This document shows positions 46,064-55,018 of a DNA stretch of 64,000 bases, in pieces. Position numbers and translations under genes: made by a program. A model generated the notes under the pieces. The model was given only the letters and a program-made list of their open reading frames with translations, made no database searches and was not told the origin of the DNA. This DNA is from a virus, in the IMG/VR virus record IMGVR_UViG_3300021959_004274, positions 1 to 64,000 of that record; one strand, given 5' to 3'. How positions within the stretch are numbered: the first letter of the stretch is position 1; the number at the start of each line of letters is the position of its first letter.

Positions 46064-47808
46064 TTACTATACCACTCCTGTAATAATCTCCAGGCTGTAC
46101 CGTCCTGAAGTTCACCTTGCGTAAATTGATGATAGGCAAGATTACAAAGTAGATAGTATACTTCATCTTCTGTTGGTATAACTGGTGTTTCTAATAAACT
46201 AAGATCGTTTGAACACAACGGCGAGGCCGCATTTTGTCCTAATACAAAAGCAGGCTTACCTTCCATTAAAGATTCAACAGCGGCTATTGAATTATAAGTT
46301 ACTGTACAATGTACGTCATCCAGGAGAGCTTTTTGTATGGTATCTTCAAGCACACGTTCCTTTCTTGTTTTCTTTAAACGTATCTCAATGGGCCTATCTG
46401 TATATTTTTCAATTTCTTTTATAGTTGTTTCCATCCAGACATCTAAATCTTCACCATAAAAGCTCATAGCTTTATCACTAGGAGGTACTACTAATATCTT
46501 ACTGCCTGATGTAAACTTTTTAGTATATCCGTTTGCTTTAGTAAAACGGTCACTGGGCACATCTCTTAACTCTCCGCAATACTGTAAACTATTTTTAGTT
46601 ACTCTATGCCATAGTTTTGATTTACCGTTGCCATAGTAGCCAGTATCAACAAAATAAAAGTCTCTATTCTTTTCTCGGCACCAATCAAAGATGTGTCGTT
46701 TGGTTATACCTCTAAACACAATAGGTCTAGTATCCTGATCAGCATGTCCTTCGTAAACTGTTTTCCAATCAGTCAAACTTCCGCCTGCGCCTGTAGTAAA
46801 AAAATCTACTACTTTGTCCCACTTATAACCTTTTTTAATCAATGATTCACTTAATTCTTCCATATCGCTTATTCCTAATACTGAATCTGTTTTGTGATGA
46901 TTTTTTAATCTATTAACAAAGTCTGCTAACTTAGGTGTATCATCATATACATGATGTACATCGTCTAATATTTTTTTAAGATCTGTAAAATACTTTTTAT
47001 ATTCTATAGAATATTGAAGTTGATCTACTCCAACTATTCTTTTTAAGTCTTGTTCTTGCTGTTGGTTATATTCGTCTAAATACTCTAACCAAAGATCACC
47101 ATACTGTACTTGACTCCAACTGCCTATGCCTGCTAGTTGATATTCTTTAGGTAAGGTATTGTCGTCAAACCAAGGACCGCCATCTGTATAATGTATGGCA
47201 CCAGGTTTACCCCAATCCTTTTCTTCATAATAACCTGACAACCAGTTCCAAGTTGGTTGTAAAAATCTTATATTAGATTCTTTTGTCCATTCAAATCTAT
47301 GTAAGTAACTTAGCGGTTGTTTATTAATATTATCTAAACTCAGTCTACGACAATCTCTATGCTCACAATTAAATACCATCATCGACGACCAATTCTTTTT
47401 AGGATACACAGACTGTGTTTTACCGTCCATTTTTAATTTTGTTTTTGGACTGTATCCATAATTTTCATGAGGAACTACAGAAACAGAATTGCCAAACTCA
47501 TCAATATTGTCGTAAACTTCTTTAATATCTTGTGTCCATAAAAAATCACAGTCACAAAATATTGCTTTACCTTGATAGTTCATTAAGTAAGGAACTAAAA
47601 ATCTTGTGTAAGTAAATTCTGTTGATGCTGTATGTTCACGCTTACGTGTTATTATCTTGTCACGTTCTAGCTCATCTAGTTTGAGGTAATGTATTTTAAC
47701 AGGAGCAGAAGCGTGTTTTAATATGCTGTAGGCACAAACATCTGCGGCTATGGGTTCACGTGAATCCCATCCTATAAAAACATTGATTACTGTATGAGGT
47801 ATTGACAT
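46060..47808 (-). CDS. Two-domain glycosyltransferase (GT8-like plus capsule-synthesis-like)
   Basis: VFIGWDSRE...STEFTYTRFLVP...FCDCD...YPKKNWSS...HYTDGGPW; C-terminal TYNSIAAVES..GKP. Confidence 0.75.
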   Translation of the reverse strand: MSIPHTVINVFIGWDSREPIAADVCAYSILKHASAPVKIHYLKLDELERDKIITRKREHTASTEFTYTRFLVPYLMNYQGKAIFCDCDFLWTQDIKEVYDNIDEFGNSVSVVPHENYGYSPKTKLKMDGKTQSVYPKKNWSSMMVFNCEHRDCRRLSLDNINKQPLSYLHRFEWTKESNIRFLQPTWNWLSGYYEEKDWGKPGAIHYTDGGPWFDDNTLPKEYQLAGIGSWSQVQYGDLWLEYLDEYNQQQEQDLKRIVGVDQLQYSIEYKKYFTDLKKILDDVHHVYDDTPKLADFVNRLKNHHKTDSVLGISDMEELSESLIKKGYKWDKVVDFFTTGAGGSLTDWKTVYEGHADQDTRPIVFRGITKRHIFDWCREKNRDFYFVDTGYYGNGKSKLWHRVTKNSLQYCGELRDVPSDRFTKANGYTKKFTSGSKILVVPPSDKAMSFYGEDLDVWMETTIKEIEKYTDRPIEIRLKKTRKERVLEDTIQKALLDDVHCTVTYNSIAAVESLMEGKPAFVLGQNAASPLCSNDLSLLETPVIPTEDEVYYLLCNLAYHQFTQGELQDGTAWRLLQEWYSK

Positions 47809-47842
47809 TAAACTTAATAATTAACTACTAAGTTTATATTTA

Positions 47843-48610
47843 TTAGTATGTGCGGAAGTCTCTTATGCTTTTGTCTAACCACATAAGCACTAGATCTTGT
47901 TGACTAACATAGTTGCGTTGATTAAGACTTTTTACTGCTGATTCAGGAATAAGATTTTGTTCTGCTAAATCAAACCAGGTAGCAGTTTTATAATCTAATT
48001 TTTTAAAATTAGGTTGTTTGTAGACAATGGCGTGTATCCAAGGATCGTTACGATCTTTTTTAAAGAAACCACCACTACAATCCCAACCATTTATTGCTAA
48101 CTGGTGTATTAGACCTACTAATGTCCAGTGATAGTATTCATTTGAATATTGGTCAGAAATAATTTTAGTTCTTTCTACACAGGTGGTTTCAGGTACACTA
48201 ACGATTAACATACCATTATCTCTACACAGGTCATACCAATGTCCTAGTGTTTGCAAAGGATTAATTGCATATTGAAGTATATTAGGTGCGTTAATAACAT
48301 CAAATGAATTTGGTTTAAGGCCTGTGTTTTCCATGTCAGCCTCAACTATTTCTACAATATTGTGATGTTTTAGATCTTTATCAAATCTATTTTTAATATC
48401 AACACCGGTACATTTGATATTCAATGGTATTTGACGTTCATTTTCATCTTCAACTGTACGTGTTGCCCACCAATACATGTCATGGCCAAGTCCACAACCT
48501 ATGTCTAGCATAGTACCTATAGACTCCATAAAGTCTGGGTGTTGGTCTAGTAACTCTAACGTTTCTAAACTCAGTTGATGTGCTTCTTTGTCAAATAACT
48601 GTTTATACAC
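47843..48610 (-). CDS. Class I SAM methyltransferase-like protein
   Basis: MLDIGCGLG, FDVI. Confidence 0.75.
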   Translation of the reverse strand: MYKQLFDKEAHQLSLETLELLDQHPDFMESIGTMLDIGCGLGHDMYWWATRTVEDENERQIPLNIKCTGVDIKNRFDKDLKHHNIVEIVEADMENTGLKPNSFDVINAPNILQYAINPLQTLGHWYDLCRDNGMLIVSVPETTCVERTKIISDQYSNEYYHWTLVGLIHQLAINGWDCSGGFFKKDRNDPWIHAIVYKQPNFKKLDYKTATWFDLAEQNLIPESAVKSLNQRNYVSQQDLVLMWLDKSIRDFRTY

Positions 48611-49058
48611 TAATATCTTCCATGCCTGATGTTCTTAAGCGAACAACATGACCTAGCATAAAGTTTTTGCTTTCAAAGCCTTTTAGTATGCCTAGCCATT
48701 TGTTTCTAAGTAAAGCAACATCATTGATCAGTGTTTCAAAGTCAATAACTTCATCCTCGCCATCTACATACTTTTCTGCATCACGTGATGTCAATGCTCT
48801 TTGATATGCTTCTAAATACTTCTGAAAGTGCTTACGTCTAATCTTACGTAACTGTATATTTAGATAGTTTAAAATTGCTTCAATTTCTTGTAATTGATTA
48901 AAACGATGTTCTGTGATGCCAGGTAAGTCTCTAATGTTCTTTTCTACATTACCGTATATTGAGCATTCCTGTTTTGCTTTAATTAATTCATTTTCATAAT
49001 GTAATAACATGTCAGGAATTTTTGAAATGTCTTTTGTAACATCACTATACCAACTCAT
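48603..49058 (-). CDS. uvsY: Recombination mediator UvsY
   Basis: RFNQLQEIEAIL...YLE.YQRALTSRDAEKYVDGE; near uvsX. Confidence 0.8.
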   Translation of the reverse strand: MSWYSDVTKDISKIPDMLLHYENELIKAKQECSIYGNVEKNIRDLPGITEHRFNQLQEIEAILNYLNIQLRKIRRKHFQKYLEAYQRALTSRDAEKYVDGEDEVIDFETLINDVALLRNKWLGILKGFESKNFMLGHVVRLRTSGMEDISV

Positions 49059-49327
49059 TAATAATCCTCGCCTTCATTGTCGTCTTCTTCATACTCATCG
49101 CCCCAAGGATCTAAACCATCATCATCGTCGTCGAGAGTTTCGTCATAATCTAATAGTGCATCTTTGATGTCATCATCCTCATATAGATTTGATTCTTTAA
49201 TTTCTTTTGGGCTGACACCTTGTACATCTACTAGAGTATGTACTAGATCAATAGCGGCCTCTTTATAGTGACTTTCATTGATATGGCCTTTAAGTGTTTC
49301 AAAAATATCAGCGATTGCGTTCAGCAT
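49058..49327 (-). CDS. Small acidic hypothetical protein
   Basis: 89 aa between uvsX and uvsY. Confidence 0.7.
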   Translation of the reverse strand: MLNAIADIFETLKGHINESHYKEAAIDLVHTLVDVQGVSPKEIKESNLYEDDDIKDALLDYDETLDDDDDGLDPWGDEYEEDDNEGEDY

Positions 49328-49328
49328 T

Positions 49329-50462
49329 TTATTCCTCTGTCTCCTCTGTTTGAACTGCTTCGGCTTCGTCTATTGCTTTCATTTCCATTTCTGTAGCAAC
49401 ATCGATACTTGCCTCTACATCTGCTATATTTACTTCTTTTGATTGATTTTTGAGGTGTTCCATAACCTTATCTAAACAACCTTGTTCGTTTGATTCCCAG
49501 GCTTTACGGAACTGTTTAATTTCACCAGCACTGTCTGGTTCACCAAAACGTAGTCTATTACCATCTTTAACTAGTAAGCCTGCTTTTTCAGCCATATCAA
49601 CTAATCCTGAATATGGGTTCATACCTGTTTCATATGGAATCTTAACCTGTACTGATTCAAATGGTTTAGCATAACGAGTCTTCATAATTTTACATGCGGC
49701 TCTAATACCCATAACATCTGATACTTTGTTACCATCTTCGTCTTCTTTTAGTTTTAGTTTACGCATAGCAACAACAATACTTGAAGCATAGATAAAGCCT
49801 TGTCCACCTGATATTTTATCATCTGGATCAAACATGTCCTGACTTGCGTAAGTGTGGTTAGTACATACCATGCCAACGTTAGCAGAACCAAACATGTTAA
49901 CGCAGTTACGAACTAAGGCTGTTAGTGCTTTAGGCTTACGTCCCATATCACCTTTTAAGTCACCTTTTTGGAACTGATCAACATCTGTAGGAGTTAGTAA
50001 CATACCTAAACTGTCAATAACAAATAGTACCTTAGGACGATCTTCTTCTGCCATAGCACGATATTCACCCATAAAGTCGTTGATAGTTTTTGCTACATCA
50101 TCAATCATGGCCATGTTGAGTTTAAGTAGCTTATCTTCAGATGTATCAACATCCAATGCCTGTAACCAATTTTCATCTAAGGCGTTTTCACTATCAATTA
50201 AGACAACAAAGATGCCTTGCTTTTGTGCTTCTTTAACAATGTTACCTGAACAGATATAACTTTTACCCGCACCTGATTCACCAGCAAACACAGTTACTTT
50301 GCCTAGCGGAATACCTTTAGTAAAGTCTCCCGAAATCAAATAATTAAGGGCATAATTACCTGTTGATACCCAGTCTGTTGGATCGTTAAATCCTATTGAT
50401 AGTCCTGCAATGCTTTTGCTGATACTCTTTCTAAACTTACTTACATCAAATGGTTTGGCCAT
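49329..50462 (-). CDS. uvsX: RecA-like recombinase UvsX
   Basis: GESGAGKS, IDSENA, VIDSLG, TNHTY, SGG.G..YASS. Confidence 0.92.
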   Translation of the reverse strand: MAKPFDVSKFRKSISKSIAGLSIGFNDPTDWVSTGNYALNYLISGDFTKGIPLGKVTVFAGESGAGKSYICSGNIVKEAQKQGIFVVLIDSENALDENWLQALDVDTSEDKLLKLNMAMIDDVAKTINDFMGEYRAMAEEDRPKVLFVIDSLGMLLTPTDVDQFQKGDLKGDMGRKPKALTALVRNCVNMFGSANVGMVCTNHTYASQDMFDPDDKISGGQGFIYASSIVVAMRKLKLKEDEDGNKVSDVMGIRAACKIMKTRYAKPFESVQVKIPYETGMNPYSGLVDMAEKAGLLVKDGNRLRFGEPDSAGEIKQFRKAWESNEQGCLDKVMEHLKNQSKEVNIADVEASIDVATEMEMKAIDEAEAVQTEETEE

Positions 50463-50463
50463 G

Positions 50464-51483
50464 CTATTCTCCTAGTTCTATGTCAAAGTAGTCTTGGTAA
50501 CTTATACCACGCAGTTTATCCTGCTCTGTTACAAAGTCCACTAGTTCTTTTGTGTTATTATAACTTGATGCTACTAAATGTTCAAGTTGTTTGAGCAACA
50601 ATATGTCCGTTTTTTGGAAAAGTTCTTTTGCTCGTAGTGTAAATGGGTTTGTGGCTTTTATGCTTAGTTGTTCAGGAAACTCTAGTAATCCATAACTAAA
50701 AGGTATTCCTACAGAGTCTGCATAACGCAACATATTTTCCAAATCACAGATAGTAAACACATTCAGAGTACTCCAAAATCCTAGTTCTATTAAGTTACTA
50801 GTGTCTGCTAATTGTTTATACTCTTTTACCACCTGGTCCCATTTTTTCCAACTTACAGGCCACCGTGCATATTCATTAACCTGTTCAGTACCATCAAAAC
50901 TTAAAGTAATTGTAACTTTAATCTTACGTTCTAACAGCATTTTTACTTCCGGTATTACCGTTGTGCCGTTAGTGTTTATTCTAACTATTTTAACATTAGG
51001 TGGTAAGTTGTTTAACAACCGTTTATAGTTTTTACTATAACTTGGTTCGCCACCGTTTATATCTAATTCTACTATACGATCTTGTGGTAGGCTATCAAAA
51101 GCAGTAACGTTTTCTAATTTAATAATGTTTTTCTTTAAACTGCCTATAGTAGTTGACAATCCTTCATAACAAAACTGACAAGCAGAGTTACAAACATTAT
51201 CTAGCACCCCACCTACAATTAAGTAATCACTGTGGAATTTTTTAAGTAACGTATGTCTACTTTGTGTGTCTAATCTAATACTTTGTTTGGCTGTTTGTTC
51301 AGTTATTTGACAGCGTACACATTCATTAGGATGTGTTTCGGCCTGTTTTAATTTCTGAGCCCAGTCACTGGATTCCATTTCTTCATAGGAATTAAAGCGT
51401 GGAGCATCAACCATATGTCCACAACGACTAACTGTGCCGTCTTCGTTCAATCTAGCAAAGTGGTTAAATCTTGGGCAAAACAT
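50464..51483 (-). CDS. Radical SAM protein with N-terminal SPASM/twitch-like region
   Basis: CNSACQFC, INGGEP, NTNG. Confidence 0.85.
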   Translation of the reverse strand: MFCPRFNHFARLNEDGTVSRCGHMVDAPRFNSYEEMESSDWAQKLKQAETHPNECVRCQITEQTAKQSIRLDTQSRHTLLKKFHSDYLIVGGVLDNVCNSACQFCYEGLSTTIGSLKKNIIKLENVTAFDSLPQDRIVELDINGGEPSYSKNYKRLLNNLPPNVKIVRINTNGTTVIPEVKMLLERKIKVTITLSFDGTEQVNEYARWPVSWKKWDQVVKEYKQLADTSNLIELGFWSTLNVFTICDLENMLRYADSVGIPFSYGLLEFPEQLSIKATNPFTLRAKELFQKTDILLLKQLEHLVASSYNNTKELVDFVTEQDKLRGISYQDYFDIELGE

Positions 51484-52096
51484 GATATGCCTTTCCTATC
51501 AGAGTTGAGTATTCTGTTGGACATCTTTCATTAAGATGATTAAACATTTCTTTAACTGTCCAGCTTTGTCCAGTTAATTCATCTAAAATAATCTGATCTA
51601 TAGTAAATGCTGTTGCCAGTCCCGGACTATTAACAACATCTAACAAATCAATGTCTGTGTTTTTATCTTTAACAATATTGATATTTTGACAATACTGATT
51701 CATCATATTAATATTATGAAAATAAATTTTTGCATCTGTATCTAAGTATCTTGCAAGATTAATTATCCATTGATATTGATGTGCAAAATGCCTATCCAAT
51801 ATTATACCTTGCTTAAGATAGTGCTTAACAGTATCCACATTGAGATGGGTATTGTTATACAGATATGTTTGTACTCCACTAATATAGCGTTCTTTTGGAT
51901 TTCTAATAAACACATCTACAACACTAAGTTTCCTAATTTGCTCATTGATTATTTTTTTAAAATTTTTGTCCTGAGCAATAGCATCCATTGATGTGCTACC
52001 ACATTTAAAGATAGGATAAAAAAACTTATTAATTTCATGAAAGTCGTAGACTTCAACTCTATTTGGAAACAGTATGTCATCTAACCGTGTAAGCAT
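51464..52096 (-). CDS. Sulfotransferase-like protein
   Basis: PIFKCGSTS, FIRNPKERYISG, DRHF..Q. Confidence 0.6.
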   Translation of the reverse strand: MLTRLDDILFPNRVEVYDFHEINKFFYPIFKCGSTSMDAIAQDKNFKKIINEQIRKLSVVDVFIRNPKERYISGVQTYLYNNTHLNVDTVKHYLKQGIILDRHFAHQYQWIINLARYLDTDAKIYFHNINMMNQYCQNINIVKDKNTDIDLLDVVNSPGLATAFTIDQIILDELTGQSWTVKEMFNHLNERCPTEYSTLIGKAYHVLPKI

Positions 52097-53229
52097 TTAT
52101 ACATTTCCTTAAAGAGTTGTTTGCTGTGTAGTTTTCTAAGTTGATCTAATCTTTTTAAGTATGTTAATAAAATATCTTTTTTCTTTTCAAATGGTCTATC
52201 TAAGAAATTTAACATATTACGATAACTGTCTTCTAATAGGTATCCTGGATTAGCATCAATTTTTTCTTGTAATAAGTCTTTGAGATAGGTCAATGTAGAA
52301 TCGGGTAAATTTCTTATATCAAAAAATACTGGTGATTCAATTGGATTAACAATAAAACTGTTGTTATGAAATCCTAGCTTTTGTAAAAACTTAATACAAT
52401 CAAATATTGAAAGATAGTTTAAAGGAATCCATAACATATTAAAACTTACTTTATGATCTAAGTTTCTTATTATTTCTAAGTTGTCTAAAAAGTCTTGCCA
52501 CTTACCACCATATCTAATATACTCAAACTGATCTTCCATTGATTCTACACTTATTGTCCAATGTACATTTTTAAATTGACATATTAAGTCAAACACAGGT
52601 GTGCCTGTTTTACTTAAATTAGTGTTTATTCTTAAATTAACATCAGGGTTTACTTCTAATAATAATTTAAGTAGTTCTTCATTTTCTTTCATTAATAATG
52701 GTTCACCGCCAGCCATGTATACATGTTTTAGTTGATGTGCATTACTAAAAACAAATTGTTTAAGTTCTTCTACACGTTCAGCTGGAACCTGTGGCTTTTC
52801 AAGTTTTAATTCAGCTACCCATTTACTTGAATATTCTGGACCACAATATACGCAGGAAAAGTTACATGAATTTGACCATCTTATATCAATTTTGTGTAAG
52901 TCAAATTGATCTGTAGTTTTATATGTGTCCAACGATGTGTTACGTAGTTCTTTAAGATAAAATACTCTATCACTAACAATATCAAAACTTTTTTTACCTG
53001 CCTCTAATTGATAACACCCTTGACATCCTTGCCCAGGTTTGTTATCTAACATTGTTTGTTTTATTTCAGTATTCTGATCTAGTATTTCTTTTAATGTATT
53101 ATCTTTTAAATTGCCAATGGGTAAACGATTACGAATACAATTTTGCACTGTTCCGTCCCCATTGTACATAAATCCAGTCCATGGAATAGGACAAAAGTTT
53201 TTATTTGTTAGGTAAGTTTTACTGTCCAT
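52081..53229 (-). CDS. Radical SAM protein with N-terminal SPASM/twitch-like region
   Basis: FCPIPW...C..C; CNFSCVYC; AGGEPL; NTN. Confidence 0.88.
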   Translation of the reverse strand: MDSKTYLTNKNFCPIPWTGFMYNGDGTVQNCIRNRLPIGNLKDNTLKEILDQNTEIKQTMLDNKPGQGCQGCYQLEAGKKSFDIVSDRVFYLKELRNTSLDTYKTTDQFDLHKIDIRWSNSCNFSCVYCGPEYSSKWVAELKLEKPQVPAERVEELKQFVFSNAHQLKHVYMAGGEPLLMKENEELLKLLLEVNPDVNLRINTNLSKTGTPVFDLICQFKNVHWTISVESMEDQFEYIRYGGKWQDFLDNLEIIRNLDHKVSFNMLWIPLNYLSIFDCIKFLQKLGFHNNSFIVNPIESPVFFDIRNLPDSTLTYLKDLLQEKIDANPGYLLEDSYRNMLNFLDRPFEKKKDILLTYLKRLDQLRKLHSKQLFKEMYKCLHG

Positions 53230-53755
53230 AATCTACACCAAGTGCAAATTCATATACTCGTAGTCCGGGTTTAACTGATTCAATAATGTTAATCATTGAC
53301 TCTGCCCAGGCATCTACATCACAGGCTTGAGTGCTACTGTGTGGTCCTGTATTAACTTCTCCAGGTCTAATTAATGTAATTTTAGGCCACAGTGTGGATA
53401 ATGCTAATTGCAAACTAGCATTTTCTAATGCAACCTTCTGTGAGTAATATGGAATATGCTCATCACAATCAGGACCTGACATAGTCATCATAGTACTAAT
53501 AACTATAATTTCTTTACCTTCCTGACCTTTCCATCTATTGTGTATTTCAAACAATAAATCTGTTTGTGCAAAGCCTTGCTGTGCATTGTTAATAAACATA
53601 TCACACGATTCAATTTGATCTGCTACACGATTTATATTACGTATATCATTTCCATCTCGCTTGGAAAGACCTATAACGGTATGTCCACGCTGTTTATATT
53701 GACGTGTTAGTGCTTGGCCAATGCCAGAAGAGTGTCCTGTAATTGCTATTTTCAT
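53219..53755 (-). CDS. Short-chain dehydrogenase/reductase-like protein
   Basis: ITGHSSGIG, INNA, YxxxK (YYSQK). Confidence 0.8.
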   Translation of the reverse strand: MKIAITGHSSGIGQALTRQYKQRGHTVIGLSKRDGNDIRNINRVADQIESCDMFINNAQQGFAQTDLLFEIHNRWKGQEGKEIIVISTMMTMSGPDCDEHIPYYSQKVALENASLQLALSTLWPKITLIRPGEVNTGPHSSTQACDVDAWAESMINIIESVKPGLRVYEFALGVDYGQ

Positions 53756-53775
53756 AATAATAGTTATAAAGAAAG

Positions 53776-53806
53776 ATTGAGCGGTAAAATTAAATTACCG
53801 CCCAAT
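53776..53806 (-). terminator. Terminator after gp32
   Basis: 12-bp near-perfect stem followed by ctttcttt on the minus strand. Confidence 0.7.
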
Positions 53807-53820
53807 ATCACAACTACTTA

Positions 53821-54831
53821 TTATGATTTTCTTGCACGGATCATAGCAAGAATATCTTCTGCTTTAGATCCACCTGCAGGTGCCGCCGCTGTTTCTGCTA
53901 CTGGCTCTGGAGCCGGTGCTGTTTCAACTGCTGGTGCAGGAGCAACTGTTGGTTCAGGAGTAGCCGCTGGTGCTGTTTCCTGTACAGGAGTTGCTGTTGG
54001 TGCTGGTGTAACACTAACTGATGGTGCGTTTTGTGGAACCTGCATGCCTGATGGTCTGTAGTAAGCACCCCAACGCTCTGCGTCATATGGTCTGCCATCT
54101 ACTGATGCTTCAAACATTTCTTTCATAACTTTAAGTTCTTGCTCACTAGGCTTCTTAGGTAAGAAGTCAGCAAGTGTGTATAAGCCGTGTTCGTTAACTG
54201 CGGCTTGTTCTGCTTCTGTTAATGCAGACTCTTTTCTTGCCCATTGTGATGTTGTATAATCAGCATAACCACCTTTTTGTGTTTTAGTTACACGGAAGTC
54301 TAAACCATTTGTATAATCTGTTGGTAGTTCTTCCATATCTGGATCCATTAAACTTGACTTAATAAGAGTAAAGATTTGAGGACTCATAATAAAACGTCTA
54401 ATAGGATTAGCTGGTGTTGTGTCATCTTCTAAAGGATTTTGTCTAACAAAACCTTGGAATACGTAGGATTTCTTTTTCCAATACTTACGACCCATTTCTT
54501 CTAATGAACTGTCCTTAAACCATGTTCTAACTTCTGCTAGAATAGGACACGAATCACCCCACATTTCTACACATGGTACTTGAACTAATACGTTCTTATT
54601 ATCCATTTCGCCTTTAACGCCGTTAAATGGTAAACGGATCATGTTACGTTCTACCCAAAAGAATGTGTTGTTTGGATCTGCGTCTGGAAGGAATCTGATT
54701 GTTGCTGATTCGCCTTCTTTGATGTTCCAGTGTGGATAAATTGCGTTATCACCGGTGTATGATTGGTTGTTGCCTTGACTGCGTGATTCTGCCGCCTGTA
54801 ATTTTGCTCTAATATCTGCTAAACTTGCCAT
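53821..54831 (-). CDS. Single-stranded DNA-binding protein (gp32-like)
   Basis: IRFLPD...FFWVE...C.E.W...CPI...KYWKKKSY; Pro/Ala linker. Confidence 0.88.
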   Translation of the reverse strand: MASLADIRAKLQAAESRSQGNNQSYTGDNAIYPHWNIKEGESATIRFLPDADPNNTFFWVERNMIRLPFNGVKGEMDNKNVLVQVPCVEMWGDSCPILAEVRTWFKDSSLEEMGRKYWKKKSYVFQGFVRQNPLEDDTTPANPIRRFIMSPQIFTLIKSSLMDPDMEELPTDYTNGLDFRVTKTQKGGYADYTTSQWARKESALTEAEQAAVNEHGLYTLADFLPKKPSEQELKVMKEMFEASVDGRPYDAERWGAYYRPSGMQVPQNAPSVSVTPAPTATPVQETAPAATPEPTVAPAPAVETAPAPEPVAETAAAPAGGSKAEDILAMIRARKS

Positions 54832-54899
54832 AATGTATTTCTCCTTTATGTGCCATAATAATTTGCCTTAATGTGTGCCTAATAAAACACTACCTTAAT

Positions 54900-54928
54900 A
54901 GTGTAATATAATTTATTTATGCTGTCAA
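54900..54928 (-). promoter_or_regulatory. Sigma70 promoter with overlapping TAAATA, upstream of gp32
   Basis: TTGACA-17-TACACT; ATAAATAAAT lies in the spacer. Confidence 0.7.
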
Positions 54929-54961
54929 CAATAATATTGGTATATTTTACCAAATGGTCAT

Positions 54962-54997
54962 AAAAAAAGCACATAAACTAAATTATGTGCTTTCTTT
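54962..54997 (-). terminator. Intrinsic terminator
   Basis: aaagcacataa/ttatgtgcttt stem with A/T runs. Confidence 0.75.
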
Positions 54998-55018
54998 GAG
55001 GGTTTGTCAAAAACTACA

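Noticed and set aside
53880-54010. GC-rich repetitive tract in gp32
   Set aside because: It is explained by the Pro/Ala/Thr linker codons.
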